Source: a virus
Taxonomy: Duplodnaviria; Heunggongvirae; Uroviricota; Caudoviricetes
Virus record (IMG/VR): IMGVR_UViG_2648501839_000008
DNA: 64,000 nt
Reading direction: 5' to 3' (one strand)
A model generated the notes under the pieces. The model did not search any database. It saw only the letters and a list, made by a program, of their open reading frames with translations, and had not been told where the DNA came from. The position numbers and the translations under genes are program-made. Of the stretch, positions 1 through 8,876 are shown one piece after another. How positions within the stretch are numbered: position 1 is the stretch's first letter; every line of letters begins with the position of its first letter.

Positions 1-982
1 CGTAGTCGACAACAACCATGTCAGGCACCATGCCGTTGGCTTTCATGCTGTTAAGCATACGGTCCAGATCTGCCGGTGACATACTTCCTGACGGACGCTC
101 AACCACCCACAAACTACCAATCCCCTTCGTGGCTCCCAACTCTGCCAACTTACGATGAACCTCATCGCGCCGTTCCACCAGCTTGGACATTTCCGTCTCC
201 GACAATCTTGCATCAAAACGGTCGGATAAAATGGTGGTGTGAACCTCCAGCGAGAGATACAGAACATTGTAGCCAGCAAGCGTTGCGTTTATGGAAAACT
301 CACCCATTGCGGTCGATTTACCGGATTTAGCGAACCCCATGAAGAGCACCATTTCTCGCTTCGCCCAGCCTTTTTGGTACAGCAACCTATCGAGCAGAGG
401 GAGTCCAGTTGTAATGCTGTTTGGCACATACTCCTCTGAAGCCTCATATTCACGCGCTTTCAATCGCTCACTTGCGGAGGTGTAGTAGTCATAGATTCCG
501 GTCGCTTCGTTCGATCCAATCTGCTGAACCTTGGCCATGATTGCCATCGCCCCCTGAAAGTCGCCTTTCTCTTTCAGTTCAGCAGCCTTAATCAGAGCAT
601 CATCAAACGCTACGCTTTTTGCGAAGGTTGATACTTGGTCAACCATGTACGAGGTATCGGACAATTTTTCTGCAAGGATGCGCTTAAACGCAGCAACAAC
701 ATCGGCGAATAGTTCCTCACGGATAGTCTTATCGCGTTTCGCACGCTTAAGCATATCCAGAATCGCAGATGAAGAGGGCGCGCTCTTGTACATACGGTAA
801 TAGCCCGAAACCATATTAACCAATATGGCATTGGCCGCATTGGCAAATTGGCTAGGCACAACCAGATCTCCCGCACGAGTAAGAAACTCGTGATCACGAC
901 AAAAATATGCCGTCAGTCTGTTCTGGAAATCTTCATCAAACTCTTCGGACAGCCCGCGTCCTGTATGGCAAAGTTCGGTCAT
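1..982 (-). CDS. DnaB-like replicative helicase, N-terminal part (3' end runs off the window)
   Basis: Minus-strand frame open from ATG at 980-982 to position 1; translation MTELCHTGRG... contains a Walker A-like MGFAKSGKST about 225 aa in; RBS AAAGGAAAG upstream. Confidence 0.5.
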   Translation of the reverse strand, partial: MTELCHTGRGLSEEFDEDFQNRLTAYFCRDHEFLTRAGDLVVPSQFANAANAILVNMVSGYYRMYKSAPSSSAILDMLKRAKRDKTIREELFADVVAAFKRILAEKLSDTSYMVDQVSTFAKSVAFDDALIKAAELKEKGDFQGAMAIMAKVQQIGSNEATGIYDYYTSASERLKAREYEASEEYVPNSITTGLPLLDRLLYQKGWAKREMVLFMGFAKSGKSTAMGEFSINATLAGYNVLYLSLEVHTTILSDRFDARLSETEMSKLVERRDEVHRKLAELGATKGIGSLWVVERPSGSMSPADLDRMLNSMKANGMVPDMVVVDY

Positions 983-1002
983 GTGCTTTCCTTTGTTTTT
1001 TT

Positions 1003-1034
1003 AAACAAATTGTTTTCTAGTATTAGTTAATTAG
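1003..1034 (-). promoter_or_regulatory. Class-A palindromic site (AAACAAnTTGTTTTCT) upstream of the helicase gene
   Basis: aaacaaattgttttct followed by gttaattag, about 20 nt upstream of the ATG at 982. Confidence 0.5.
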
Positions 1035-1776
1035 ATAGGGGATCAATAAACCGCCGTGCTTCTTCCAGTTCTTCTGGAAAGTGGGCGGAAATAAGGCGCT
1101 CTGGAACGATTTCCATTAGCCAGATAGCGGAGAAAATTGCGCGTATGCGCTTGCTGCGGGGGATGGCGCGTAAACGCTCCAGAATCCACTCAAAATAGCT
1201 TTCCTGAATCGGGTTGAACTGCATGTCTCCCATATGCTTAAAGCTAACCAGAGAGTCATCCAGACGGGTTGTTGCGCGTCTGGCTAATTTCTCTTCAAAT
1301 ATCTCAATCAGTTCTGGCTGCCACAAATGCTGTGGGCGAGGCAGCTTGTCCCACAAACGTCGTGCAGCTGCGGAAAGCACGGTGGAGATAAAGTAGTCGT
1401 ATGAGCAACAATAGCGGTCAGCAAACTGGCGTGCTTTCCATAGCGACGTTTTATTGGCAGTCGACAACTCCTGATAAGGCAGGCGTTTTAACCCGGTGGT
1501 GAACGGAGCTGTTTCAAAGTGTTCGCGACCGTGCGTCAGCATGATATTTGAGTACTGACGTTTGTATGCCTCCGTAAACAGACAGGTGGCCATAAGAGGA
1601 TGCATGTCGCGGTAATCAAACCACTTCGTATCGAAGAGTTCAGCCTCGTCTTTGCAGCGCGACAAACCAATGTTTTCAGCAACCCACTTATCCATAACAG
1701 CGGTATTCCACTCTGTCATGAAGTCGTACTGGTCGTTGTCGATGGTGTCGAAAAAGATTTGGCTCATGTGGCTCAC
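1027..1776 (-). CDS. Hypothetical protein (249 aa), upstream of the helicase
   Basis: ORF track; track start is GTG, probable ATG at 1765-1767; no recognisable motif. Confidence 0.4.
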   Translation of the reverse strand: MSHMSQIFFDTIDNDQYDFMTEWNTAVMDKWVAENIGLSRCKDEAELFDTKWFDYRDMHPLMATCLFTEAYKRQYSNIMLTHGREHFETAPFTTGLKRLPYQELSTANKTSLWKARQFADRYCCSYDYFISTVLSAAARRLWDKLPRPQHLWQPELIEIFEEKLARRATTRLDDSLVSFKHMGDMQFNPIQESYFEWILERLRAIPRSKRIRAIFSAIWLMEIVPERLISAHFPEELEEARRFIDPLSN

Positions 1777-1779
1777 CTG

Positions 1780-1800
1780 GTAGGTAGTTACTTACTTATC
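1780..1800 (-). promoter_or_regulatory. Class-B palindromic site (TAAGTAAGTA..TACTTACTTA family)
   Basis: gtaggtagttacttacttatc immediately upstream of the gene starting at 1776. Confidence 0.45.
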
Positions 1801-1884
1801 ACAATGAGCTGATGATAGCGATTGGTGGCAGTTTTTGGAAGTGGAAACGGAAGGGAGTTGTTCTGGTGGGTATCTTTTGAAAGA

Positions 1885-1939
1885 CCTGCTTCCGTATATT
1901 TAATAAGTTACTTATTATTTATATATATACAGAAACAGG
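1885..1939. repeat. 55-bp AT-rich palindrome, copy 1 (near-identical to 35506-35560)
   Basis: cctgcttccgtatatttaataagttacttattatttatatatatacagaaacagg; outer arms CCTGCTTC/GAAGCAGG-like, directly 3' of the KAP NTPase gene. Confidence 0.7.
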
Positions 1940-1949
1940 TCATGAATAC

Positions 1950-3644
1950 TTAATTATTAAGCAATCTGCTCACACGTAGTTTGTTAAGACTTGATCTAGA
2001 GGCCAGTTTCGTTAATGCACCTATTGCTTTATTCGTGATTTTTTGCTGTTCTTCTGTTAGTTCTTGCATACTTTTGAATCTGAGCAACCCCTTTCTCACT
2101 AAATCCAAAGCATCCTGATTGCGGGATAGTATCCACTTTAAATAATCATCTTCAGAGAAACTGTTAAGATATGCTATGTCACTATGATTAAATTTGCCTT
2201 CAATTATTTTGTATAAAACATTCTCTAAATTAGTCTCTTCAGGCTTCTTATCCATCAATTTTTTTTGAATTAGCAGACCTAACTTTTCGTTACCAAATAT
2301 CTCTACATACAAATTCCGAAAAGCAGTATAAGCATCATCTTGGCTAACAAAGGCATCTGCATATGCCTCTATATAACTATCACAATCAATCTCCAATCTA
2401 TTTAAGATATCAATCAAGCCTATGAAGTGAGCAACAGGTATGTGTGAAAGATTGTCGTTAATTACACATTTTATCTTAGAAATAAACTCAGATTCATTGT
2501 CCTTGAATGAGTCACTAAAAATATCCCAAACATTGTTAACATCACATAAAGCCTTGTGTTCTTTATATTGTTTATTTTTTTCTTCTATTATACCTCGAAT
2601 ATTGCTTTCAGTAGAAAGATAACCATTCTTGAGATAAAAATCTATGTCATCATCGAAAGCAATTTCCGCTCGTTCATAAATAACATCAAGACTATTAATA
2701 AATGAATATACAGAATCATCCTTTTTATCATCTAACATGTAATCAAATACATGTATGTTTTTAATTGATTCTTTAAACAAGGCATAATCAACACCTGGAA
2801 CACCAGAATAGTAAACCACTGAAAACAGAACCAATCTATTGATAAAACTTTCTCTAACCTTATCCTCTGCCAAGCTTAGCTCATTCCTAAGATTAACCAG
2901 AGATGTTTTTATTTTATTTAATATACGGATATTTTTAATGCCTAAGTCATTTGCTAAGACTTTTAACAAAAGAAAATCAGAATCAGTTTCATAAAAAACT
3001 TTACGTAAGTTCTTCTCAGGCGTAGGATCGTATTTTATTTCGACATCAATTACTTTTTCTCTGTACTCTAAAAACTGTTTTTTTGCAGTTTCATCATGTA
3101 AATTATCTTCATTTAAAATTAGAACAACTTTGCAACCTTTTCTTCTTGCTAATTCATCAATTACCCCCATAATTTCTTTAACTTCTAGCGAATTACCTTT
3201 TCTTTCAACATCATCAATACAAACCAAATAATTATTAACAAATTTATACTCAAGAGATGACAGCAGGTTATCTGTTTTGAACCCAAAAAAATCGTTCTTT
3301 CCGAAATGTATTAAAAATTTTGACAAGGAGTTGTATTTCAACCATCCCCAAAACCCATTTCTATAACGAATCATAGTTCGATCCGTTTCAGATAAAATTA
3401 GTTCTTTATATTTCTTTTCATTAATTGGTGTGGCACAATGATAAAGAGCTTTTTTAATATCACCAATAGAGTTAACCCCAAACAAAGAAACATACGAATA
3501 TGCATTAAAATCTAATCCTTCAGAATGCTTAGTATAAAAACTATTCCAATAATGAGTTTTACCAACGCCCCAATCTCCTTTTATGACGGCAACCCGATGA
3601 TCTGAAACTAGAAAATTTTTTAGAAATGATTCTATCGATTCCAT
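1950..3644 (-). CDS. KAP-family P-loop NTPase (candidate defence or abortive-infection protein), AT-rich cargo gene
   Basis: N-terminal Walker A VIKGDWGVGKTH, Walker B-like LVCIDDVERKG about 140 aa later, long helical C-terminal region; AT-rich codon usage unlike neighbours; probable ATG at 3644 with AAAGGA RBS (track start 3653 is TTG). Confidence 0.55.
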   Translation of the reverse strand: MESIESFLKNFLVSDHRVAVIKGDWGVGKTHYWNSFYTKHSEGLDFNAYSYVSLFGVNSIGDIKKALYHCATPINEKKYKELILSETDRTMIRYRNGFWGWLKYNSLSKFLIHFGKNDFFGFKTDNLLSSLEYKFVNNYLVCIDDVERKGNSLEVKEIMGVIDELARRKGCKVVLILNEDNLHDETAKKQFLEYREKVIDVEIKYDPTPEKNLRKVFYETDSDFLLLKVLANDLGIKNIRILNKIKTSLVNLRNELSLAEDKVRESFINRLVLFSVVYYSGVPGVDYALFKESIKNIHVFDYMLDDKKDDSVYSFINSLDVIYERAEIAFDDDIDFYLKNGYLSTESNIRGIIEEKNKQYKEHKALCDVNNVWDIFSDSFKDNESEFISKIKCVINDNLSHIPVAHFIGLIDILNRLEIDCDSYIEAYADAFVSQDDAYTAFRNLYVEIFGNEKLGLLIQKKLMDKKPEETNLENVLYKIIEGKFNHSDIAYLNSFSEDDYLKWILSRNQDALDLVRKGLLRFKSMQELTEEQQKITNKAIGALTKLASRSSLNKLRVSRLLNN

Positions 3645-3695
3645 TAGTATCAATCCTTTAATTCATATATTGGGCGTAACAAACGCCCAATATAA

Positions 3696-4055
3696 TCAAC
3701 CTTTCTTCATCAACTCTCGTTTAATTTCATCGGTACGCATCGTAACGTCGGCAGCTGTGATCGCCTCGTTAAGCTTCACGATGTCCTCGATTTCCTGCGG
3801 TGACTTCTCTGCCAGATGGAAAATGGCTGCTCGAATCACGTCAGAACGAGTGAACTTCTCGAAGCGAGGGATGAACTTCATCATCTCCAGCAGTTCGAAG
3901 TATTCGTCTTCCAGTGACATTGTGCGGCTTTTAATTTTCTCTTTGCCACGAGTCGGGCGTCCCTGTGGTCTGACTGGTTGGCGCAAAGGAGTTGTGTTCT
4001 TAGCCGGTGCATCAGGCTCTTTGCGCTTTGCTAGGTCACCCATTTTCATGGACAT
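3696..4055 (-). CDS. ParG-like ribbon-helix-helix partition protein
   Basis: 119 aa, basic disordered N-terminus plus C-terminal RHH-like segment; start overlaps parA stop (TAATG coupling). Confidence 0.45.
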   Translation of the reverse strand: MSMKMGDLAKRKEPDAPAKNTTPLRQPVRPQGRPTRGKEKIKSRTMSLEDEYFELLEMMKFIPRFEKFTRSDVIRAAIFHLAEKSPQEIEDIVKLNEAITAADVTMRTDEIKRELMKKG

Positions 4056-4723
4056 TATTCTTCTTCCTCCAGACTCAACAGATAATCTACAAATTCTTCA
4101 AACTCGGCTTCAGCCTTTTTGTCGCGCTCGCTACCGGTCATTTCGAAGATAGAACGACCAGACTCTTCCGCATCATCGTAGACGTTGCGGTTATATAGAT
4201 TGACTGGCGCAGACTCGATGCCAAACGTCTCGACAATCTCTTTAGCCGCCAGAATGCGAGACACTTGTGATGGCAAAGCCGGGCACTGGTTCATGACCGC
4301 GCGGACCTTCACTTTATCGTTTACATTACGAACATTGTCGATAATAGGATCGATGTCACGCAGAGATTTCAAATCACGACGCTTAGGACGAAGCGGGATA
4401 ATGATAACGTCGGCCATCAGCATCGCTTGTCGCTGAATTTCGGAGTCAAAGCCACCAGCATCTACCACTACAAACTCAGCTCTACCCTGAAGCGATTTTA
4501 GGTGCTTAATGATGTCATCCTGGACGTATGCAAAAGGAATCAGCTCAAGGTCTTCGTTCTGTCGACGGTCTTCACACCAGCTCGTTGTCGTGCGCTGAAT
4601 ATCTATATCGGTAATATAAACCTTCTTCTTCTTTTTGACTTTCAGGCAAACGGCAATTTGCTGGGCAACGGTGGATTTGCCAGGCCCGCCCTTTGTGCCG
4701 CCAACCACAAAGATCTTGGTCAT
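4055..4723 (-). CDS. parA: ParA/MinD-family partition ATPase
   Basis: Deviant Walker A GGTKGGPGKST at the N-terminus; 222 aa, small type-Ib ParA size; RBS AAGGGA. Confidence 0.7.
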   Translation of the reverse strand: MTKIFVVGGTKGGPGKSTVAQQIAVCLKVKKKKKVYITDIDIQRTTTSWCEDRRQNEDLELIPFAYVQDDIIKHLKSLQGRAEFVVVDAGGFDSEIQRQAMLMADVIIIPLRPKRRDLKSLRDIDPIIDNVRNVNDKVKVRAVMNQCPALPSQVSRILAAKEIVETFGIESAPVNLYNRNVYDDAEESGRSIFEMTGSERDKKAEAEFEEFVDYLLSLEEEE

Positions 4724-4742
4724 TAGAGAGTTCCCTTTGCGT

Positions 4743-4774
4743 ATATAATTATCGTCTGAAACAACTTGTTTTCT
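4743..4774 (-). promoter_or_regulatory. Class-A palindromic site upstream of parA
   Basis: tataattatcg + gaaacaacttgttttct. Confidence 0.5.
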
Positions 4775-4871
4775 TATATGTGATATAGCCTAAATGCCTA
4801 CGGCTGCGGTGTAAAGGTTAAATGGTAGGTGCTGCCTTAGAATTTTTAGGCGAGAATCAATGGCTGTTAAC

Positions 4872-4893
4872 AAAAAAGGCGACCGAAGTCGCC
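4872..4893 (-). terminator. Rho-independent terminator (minus strand)
   Basis: GGCGACTTCGGTCGCC stem followed by TTTTTT on the minus strand, just 3' of the gene ending at 4900. Confidence 0.6.
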
Positions 4894-4899
4894 TAATTG

Positions 4900-5652
4900 T
4901 TAATCTTTTAGATATAAACCAACTGGGGTTCTTGTTTTGCGGGAGATGATAAGTACGATAAATTTCTCAACGTTAACTTGCACCTTATTTGGAAACCAAG
5001 AGCTTAATTCTGGATCAAGTAACAATCCTCTGTTCCACGGCAAAAAGCCGGTTTCTTTTCCCATCCCATATTCGCCTAACACATCCTCGAACGTCTCAGT
5101 TTTTGCGTTGTAAATTCTTACATCACCTGTTCGCATTAATGGACCGGCCCAGATTTTTGCGCCAGGAATGGTCTGATTGTAATCACAGACAAGATGTTCG
5201 TACCAATGAAGGAGGAAGCGATACGTGAGGTTGCACAGTCCCCTTTGCCTTATTGCTCTTTCTGTCTCAACACCTGCAATCTGATAGCAGTCAATCTCTA
5301 CCCCATCCTCGATGAATGTGTATTCACGCAATGCAATTCTGCCTGCTATCGTGTTTCTGCTCTGATCGAGCATGTCGGAACGCAGAATTGCTTGAATAAT
5401 GTCCGAATCAGACATTCCATCTTCGCCTCTGTCCAGAATGAAGTCCATCAGTTCACCCTGATCTCGTGCTCCAACTTTCTCCATCAGGATATACAGACAG
5501 ATATCATCATCAGGCTCGATAATGGTTATTTCGGATATTTTGAAAAGCGATGCTTCGTTGATGAGGTAGCCAAAACGTGAAACGCGAGTTTCCCCACGGT
5601 GAGGAAACTCATAAAGATTTTTAGAGTATGTGCGTTCTAGTGTAGGTGCCAT
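4900..5652 (-). CDS. Hypothetical protein (250 aa)
   Basis: ORF track; ATG at 5650-5652; overlaps the upstream gene by 16 nt (coupled pair). Confidence 0.4.
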   Translation of the reverse strand: MAPTLERTYSKNLYEFPHRGETRVSRFGYLINEASLFKISEITIIEPDDDICLYILMEKVGARDQGELMDFILDRGEDGMSDSDIIQAILRSDMLDQSRNTIAGRIALREYTFIEDGVEIDCYQIAGVETERAIRQRGLCNLTYRFLLHWYEHLVCDYNQTIPGAKIWAGPLMRTGDVRIYNAKTETFEDVLGEYGMGKETGFLPWNRGLLLDPELSSWFPNKVQVNVEKFIVLIISRKTRTPVGLYLKD

Positions 5653-6020
5653 CTTAGAGCAGTACCATCAGCAGTTGTATTGCTGACAATGCTACCATGA
5701 GTATTAAGAAAGCGGCGAATTGCACTCTCAATAATTTCAGAGAATTGGTCACTAAACCGTGCTAATTCAGGGTATTGTTTTGCTGGCTTCACAATGAAAC
5801 GAACACGATCGTTCAGGAAAATCGCTTCAGCCAACGGTTTTACACTGGCACCAGCATTCTCAACATCGTCTTTGAAAGTTACGATGAAGCGAGTGTCTTT
5901 TGGCGCAGTCGCATCGTTGTTAAGTTTACGCACCTCAAGTTTGCGCTTATTCAGCACATGAGTTGCGATAACACTCGTGCAATCGCGAATTGTTTGTATA
6001 GAACGTTTTTCGTTCAGCAT
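5637..6020 (-). CDS. Hypothetical protein (127 aa)
   Basis: ORF track; ATG at 6018-6020. Confidence 0.4.
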   Translation of the reverse strand: MLNEKRSIQTIRDCTSVIATHVLNKRKLEVRKLNNDATAPKDTRFIVTFKDDVENAGASVKPLAEAIFLNDRVRFIVKPAKQYPELARFSDQFSEIIESAIRRFLNTHGSIVSNTTADGTALRWHLH

Positions 6021-6197
6021 GTGTCCACCTTAGCCGGTATTAACTTAATGTCATAGCGGCGACCCTTGTCAGGGTTTAGAGGCTACGAGTATGCGTCGCA
6101 GCATTAATGCAAGGGATGATTTACTTGACATCCATGTGCCAAATCTACCTTGTGCTCTAATAATATGCAAATTTTATGTTAGAAAACTCCTCTTCTG

Positions 6198-6428
6198 TTA
6201 TGGTACTTTTCTGCCCCATCCACACAATCGCTCCCCTATCATATTGTGAAAAAGTACCTCTCTTTCAGTCTCTTCGGTCATGAGATCATCACGGCTGATG
6301 TATAGCGGTGTAGCCGCATCGCAGAAAAGCACACCAGCGGGTTGAGGCTTAATCACGCAACCACTTATTGTGCAACTCATGATGAACAGTAGAAGCATCC
6401 TTGCTCCGTAACTCATCAAGTGTTTCAT
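6198..6428 (-). CDS. o-spanin (Rz1-like outer-membrane lipoprotein), overlapped with the i-spanin gene
   Basis: Alternative frame across the Rz-like gene; signal peptide with lipobox ...FIMSCTISGC; start placed at internal Met (track ORF is 6198-6506). Confidence 0.4.
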   Translation of the reverse strand: MKHLMSYGARMLLLFIMSCTISGCVIKPQPAGVLFCDAATPLYISRDDLMTEETEREVLFHNMIGERLCGWGRKVP

Positions 6429-6600
6429 TTTTGACGTCCAATGTGCTTTGAAGTCGTTTCCTGTCTTCCTGTTTTGCCTTCTCTTCCATTGCTCGTCGCG
6501 CCGCATTTCCGCCCATCGTGTAAGCGCCGACCAGAACGAAAAGAACGGCAGCCAGCGTAATCAAAGCAACTTTTAGCTTTGTCATCAGGCTGCCTAGCAT
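6349..6600 (-). CDS. i-spanin (Rz-like)
   Basis: N-terminal TM segment (LKVALITLAAVLFVLVGAY) followed by a charged coiled-coil region; contains the Rz1-like ORF in another frame. Confidence 0.5.
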   Translation of the reverse strand: MLGSLMTKLKVALITLAAVLFVLVGAYTMGGNAARRAMEEKAKQEDRKRLQSTLDVKNETLDELRSKDASTVHHELHNKWLRD

Positions 6601-6601
6601 A

Positions 6602-7321
6602 TTAGACCATCCCTTTCTGGTGTCTTCTTACCTGCGACCAGGCAATGAATCCGGCCACAACAATAGTGGCAATGCCGAAGATGATGCGTACTGTATCCCC
6701 GCTAGAGATATGACCTTGTGCCTTATCCATAGCAGCGGAAACCTGCGGCATAACATCGGCCAGCTGCGCCAGACCAATACCTGCTGTAACAGTTGCGCCT
6801 GCAGTTTCTTTAGTTACAGGAACAGCCTTCACGGTTTTCACCGGCTTAACGACGCCAGCTCGACGCAGACCTTCCTCAATAACTTCTGCCGCATACCAGG
6901 TGTTCAGCGTTTTTAGCGGACCTCGCCCATTCTCATGGCGAATGATTGCCTCAACCAAAGGTCGAAGAATGTCGTAATCATGCAGATCGATGATCATGTC
7001 TGCGGTTACACCAACGGCTTTAGACACCTCATTAATGTAGGCGTCAGTGTTGTTTTCATTCGGCGGTGCCCAACGTTCAATAACTTCACGAATGGTATCG
7101 ATACTTGAGCCGTCTTTTGCGCGACGTTTGTCGTGGTAGGTAATTAGAGTCACCGCCAGCGCACGAATCCCCCAAACAGGGTCTTTAAACGTGCAAAAGC
7201 GCGGTTCGTCTGGATTCGCAATCAGACCTTGCCACGGTGATCCTTTATCAAGATTACCGGGGTTATTATTACGAATGCCTCTCGGAGTCTTCATCCTTGA
7301 TCTCCTGTTATTGCAGTCCAT
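6602..7321 (-). CDS. Putative lysis protein / peptidoglycan hydrolase candidate with C-terminal membrane anchor
   Basis: Lies between the holin-like and spanin genes; conserved-looking RNNNPGNL motif; C-terminal hydrophobic segment IIFGIATIVVAGFIAW; family not recognised. Confidence 0.35.
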   Translation of the reverse strand: MDCNNRRSRMKTPRGIRNNNPGNLDKGSPWQGLIANPDEPRFCTFKDPVWGIRALAVTLITYHDKRRAKDGSSIDTIREVIERWAPPNENNTDAYINEVSKAVGVTADMIIDLHDYDILRPLVEAIIRHENGRGPLKTLNTWYAAEVIEEGLRRAGVVKPVKTVKAVPVTKETAGATVTAGIGLAQLADVMPQVSAAMDKAQGHISSGDTVRIIFGIATIVVAGFIAWSQVRRHQKGMV

Positions 7322-7643
7322 TTTTTACGCCATACGCGGCTAACCCCAAAAGCAGTGCAGTAATAATGAACGACGTTATTTTAGAAACAATGCCGCCAAA
7401 GAACCCACTGGAGATGGAATCTAACCGGTTAAGGAGTTTGTCCAGGTTGGAGTGTTGAATACTATGTTGCGCCGGGGTCATATCACCAAAGTAGGTTTTC
7501 AGCTGATCATTGACCTCCTGGCCAATTTCTTCACGTAGCTCTTTACCTAATTTGCCAACAACCTCCCGAGCAACGATCGCGGCAATACGCTCAACTTGCT
7601 CTGTTGTAACGCCCGCCATCTCGTTCGACATGTTTTCCTCCAT
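7308..7643 (-). CDS. Small membrane protein (holin candidate)
   Basis: 111 aa with a single C-terminal TM segment; first gene of the putative lysis cassette. Confidence 0.3.
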   Translation of the reverse strand: MEENMSNEMAGVTTEQVERIAAIVAREVVGKLGKELREEIGQEVNDQLKTYFGDMTPAQHSIQHSNLDKLLNRLDSISSGFFGGIVSKITSFIITALLLGLAAYGVKNGLQ

Positions 7644-7693
7644 GAAAAGTCAAATCGGGATGGCGGATTTATATCACATTTCACCTTCTTGTT

Positions 7694-7714
7694 GTAGGTG
7701 TGTACTTACTTATC
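7694..7714 (-). promoter_or_regulatory. Class-B palindromic site
   Basis: gtaggtgtgtacttacttatc about 50 nt upstream of the gene starting at 7643. Confidence 0.45.
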
Positions 7715-7943
7715 ATTCAACATTGCAACGGACTGATGAGAAAGCACCTACTCCAACCCATCGCCAGTTATAGATGCTACCCGCTTTGTATAAGGTATAG
7801 TCGTTCACTTTTTTAACAGCATATATGGGTATGACTGTCTCCTGTCCACCAATGATAGCCTCACCATAACATATGGGTGTCGGCAATTTCTGACAGCCAG
7901 TAAGAGAGAGAACAACAGCTATTGTTAGAAATAATCTTTTCAT
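7713..7943 (-). CDS. Small lipoprotein (Cor-like superinfection-exclusion candidate)
   Basis: Signal peptide plus lipobox LSLTGC, 76 aa, located just after the tail fiber genes. Confidence 0.4.
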   Translation of the reverse strand: MKRLFLTIAVVLSLTGCQKLPTPICYGEAIIGGQETVIPIYAVKKVNDYTLYKAGSIYNWRWVGVGAFSSVRCNVE

Positions 7944-7953
7944 CGTTTACTCA

Positions 7954-8562
7954 TCAGTTATACAGATTTCTATTTATTACCGGTACTCTGCCATTTACGC
8001 TAAAACTATGGCCGCCATTAAGTTGGTTTACGAATATGGAACTAACAGTATTTCCATATGCCGCATATCCATAAACCATTGTCATGGCCCCGCCCGGTAC
8101 TGGAACCGCGAACACATTTGCATATGTTGGGATTATCGCTGGCGGGTAATCAAAAACATGCCCTCCAGAACTGTTCCACTCCGTATTATTAAGAAAGGTA
8201 AATGAAAGTGGGATATTTGCCGTATTATAGATCTCCTCTCCTCGCGCATTGAAAAAACTCATGCCCCAAGTTTCTTTTTTGGCTATACCTTTCGAAAATA
8301 CGTATATCGTGGCACTAGAGTCGCTACCCTGACCTCCGAAACTGTAAATCACCTGGTTGTTACGCACTATTCTGTTGGCTATTAATGAAACAGCTTTCGA
8401 ATAGGCAACAAAAATCATCGGTGAACGATCTGGAGATATTTGGGTGTTAAACTCTGTCCCGCCAGACAAAGAAACAACCTGCTTTCTCTGAAAAACGATA
8501 GGAGACAAAGAAGGAGACATCCAGACCTTCCCGTCAGATCGATATATCTTGCTTCCGTACAT
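7954..8562 (-). CDS. Hypothetical protein (202 aa), tail-fiber associated
   Basis: ORF track; start overlaps the upstream stop (TAATG). Confidence 0.35.
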   Translation of the reverse strand: MYGSKIYRSDGKVWMSPSLSPIVFQRKQVVSLSGGTEFNTQISPDRSPMIFVAYSKAVSLIANRIVRNNQVIYSFGGQGSDSSATIYVFSKGIAKKETWGMSFFNARGEEIYNTANIPLSFTFLNNTEWNSSGGHVFDYPPAIIPTYANVFAVPVPGGAMTMVYGYAAYGNTVSSIFVNQLNGGHSFSVNGRVPVINRNLYN

Positions 8563-8816
8563 TATTTTTGAAAAACCAATATGTTTAAATTGCCACTAGC
8601 TCCAGACCATGAAATGGTATTTCCAGAAACCGTAAGACTTGTGTATTTCCCATTGGTTACGTCCATTATGTAATAGTCGATTCCCAATCCCGCCTCAACC
8701 TCATATGTTCTACTTCCAGAACCAGAGGGAGTAAAATAATCGAGGTAATAAACAGGGGCCAACGCATCGACCATCTCCTGTCTTGATGGCGACCATACCT
8801 GTGCACCATAGCTCAT
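8562..8816 (-). CDS. Hypothetical protein (84 aa)
   Basis: ORF track; coupled to the downstream gene. Confidence 0.35.
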   Translation of the reverse strand: MSYGAQVWSPSRQEMVDALAPVYYLDYFTPSGSGSRTYEVEAGLGIDYYIMDVTNGKYTSLTVSGNTISWSGASGNLNILVFQK

Positions 8817-8876
8817 AAATATATCCTTATACTTTTAAGCAGGGGCTGGTTTAGTTCCAGCCCCGATTGAAGTTGT

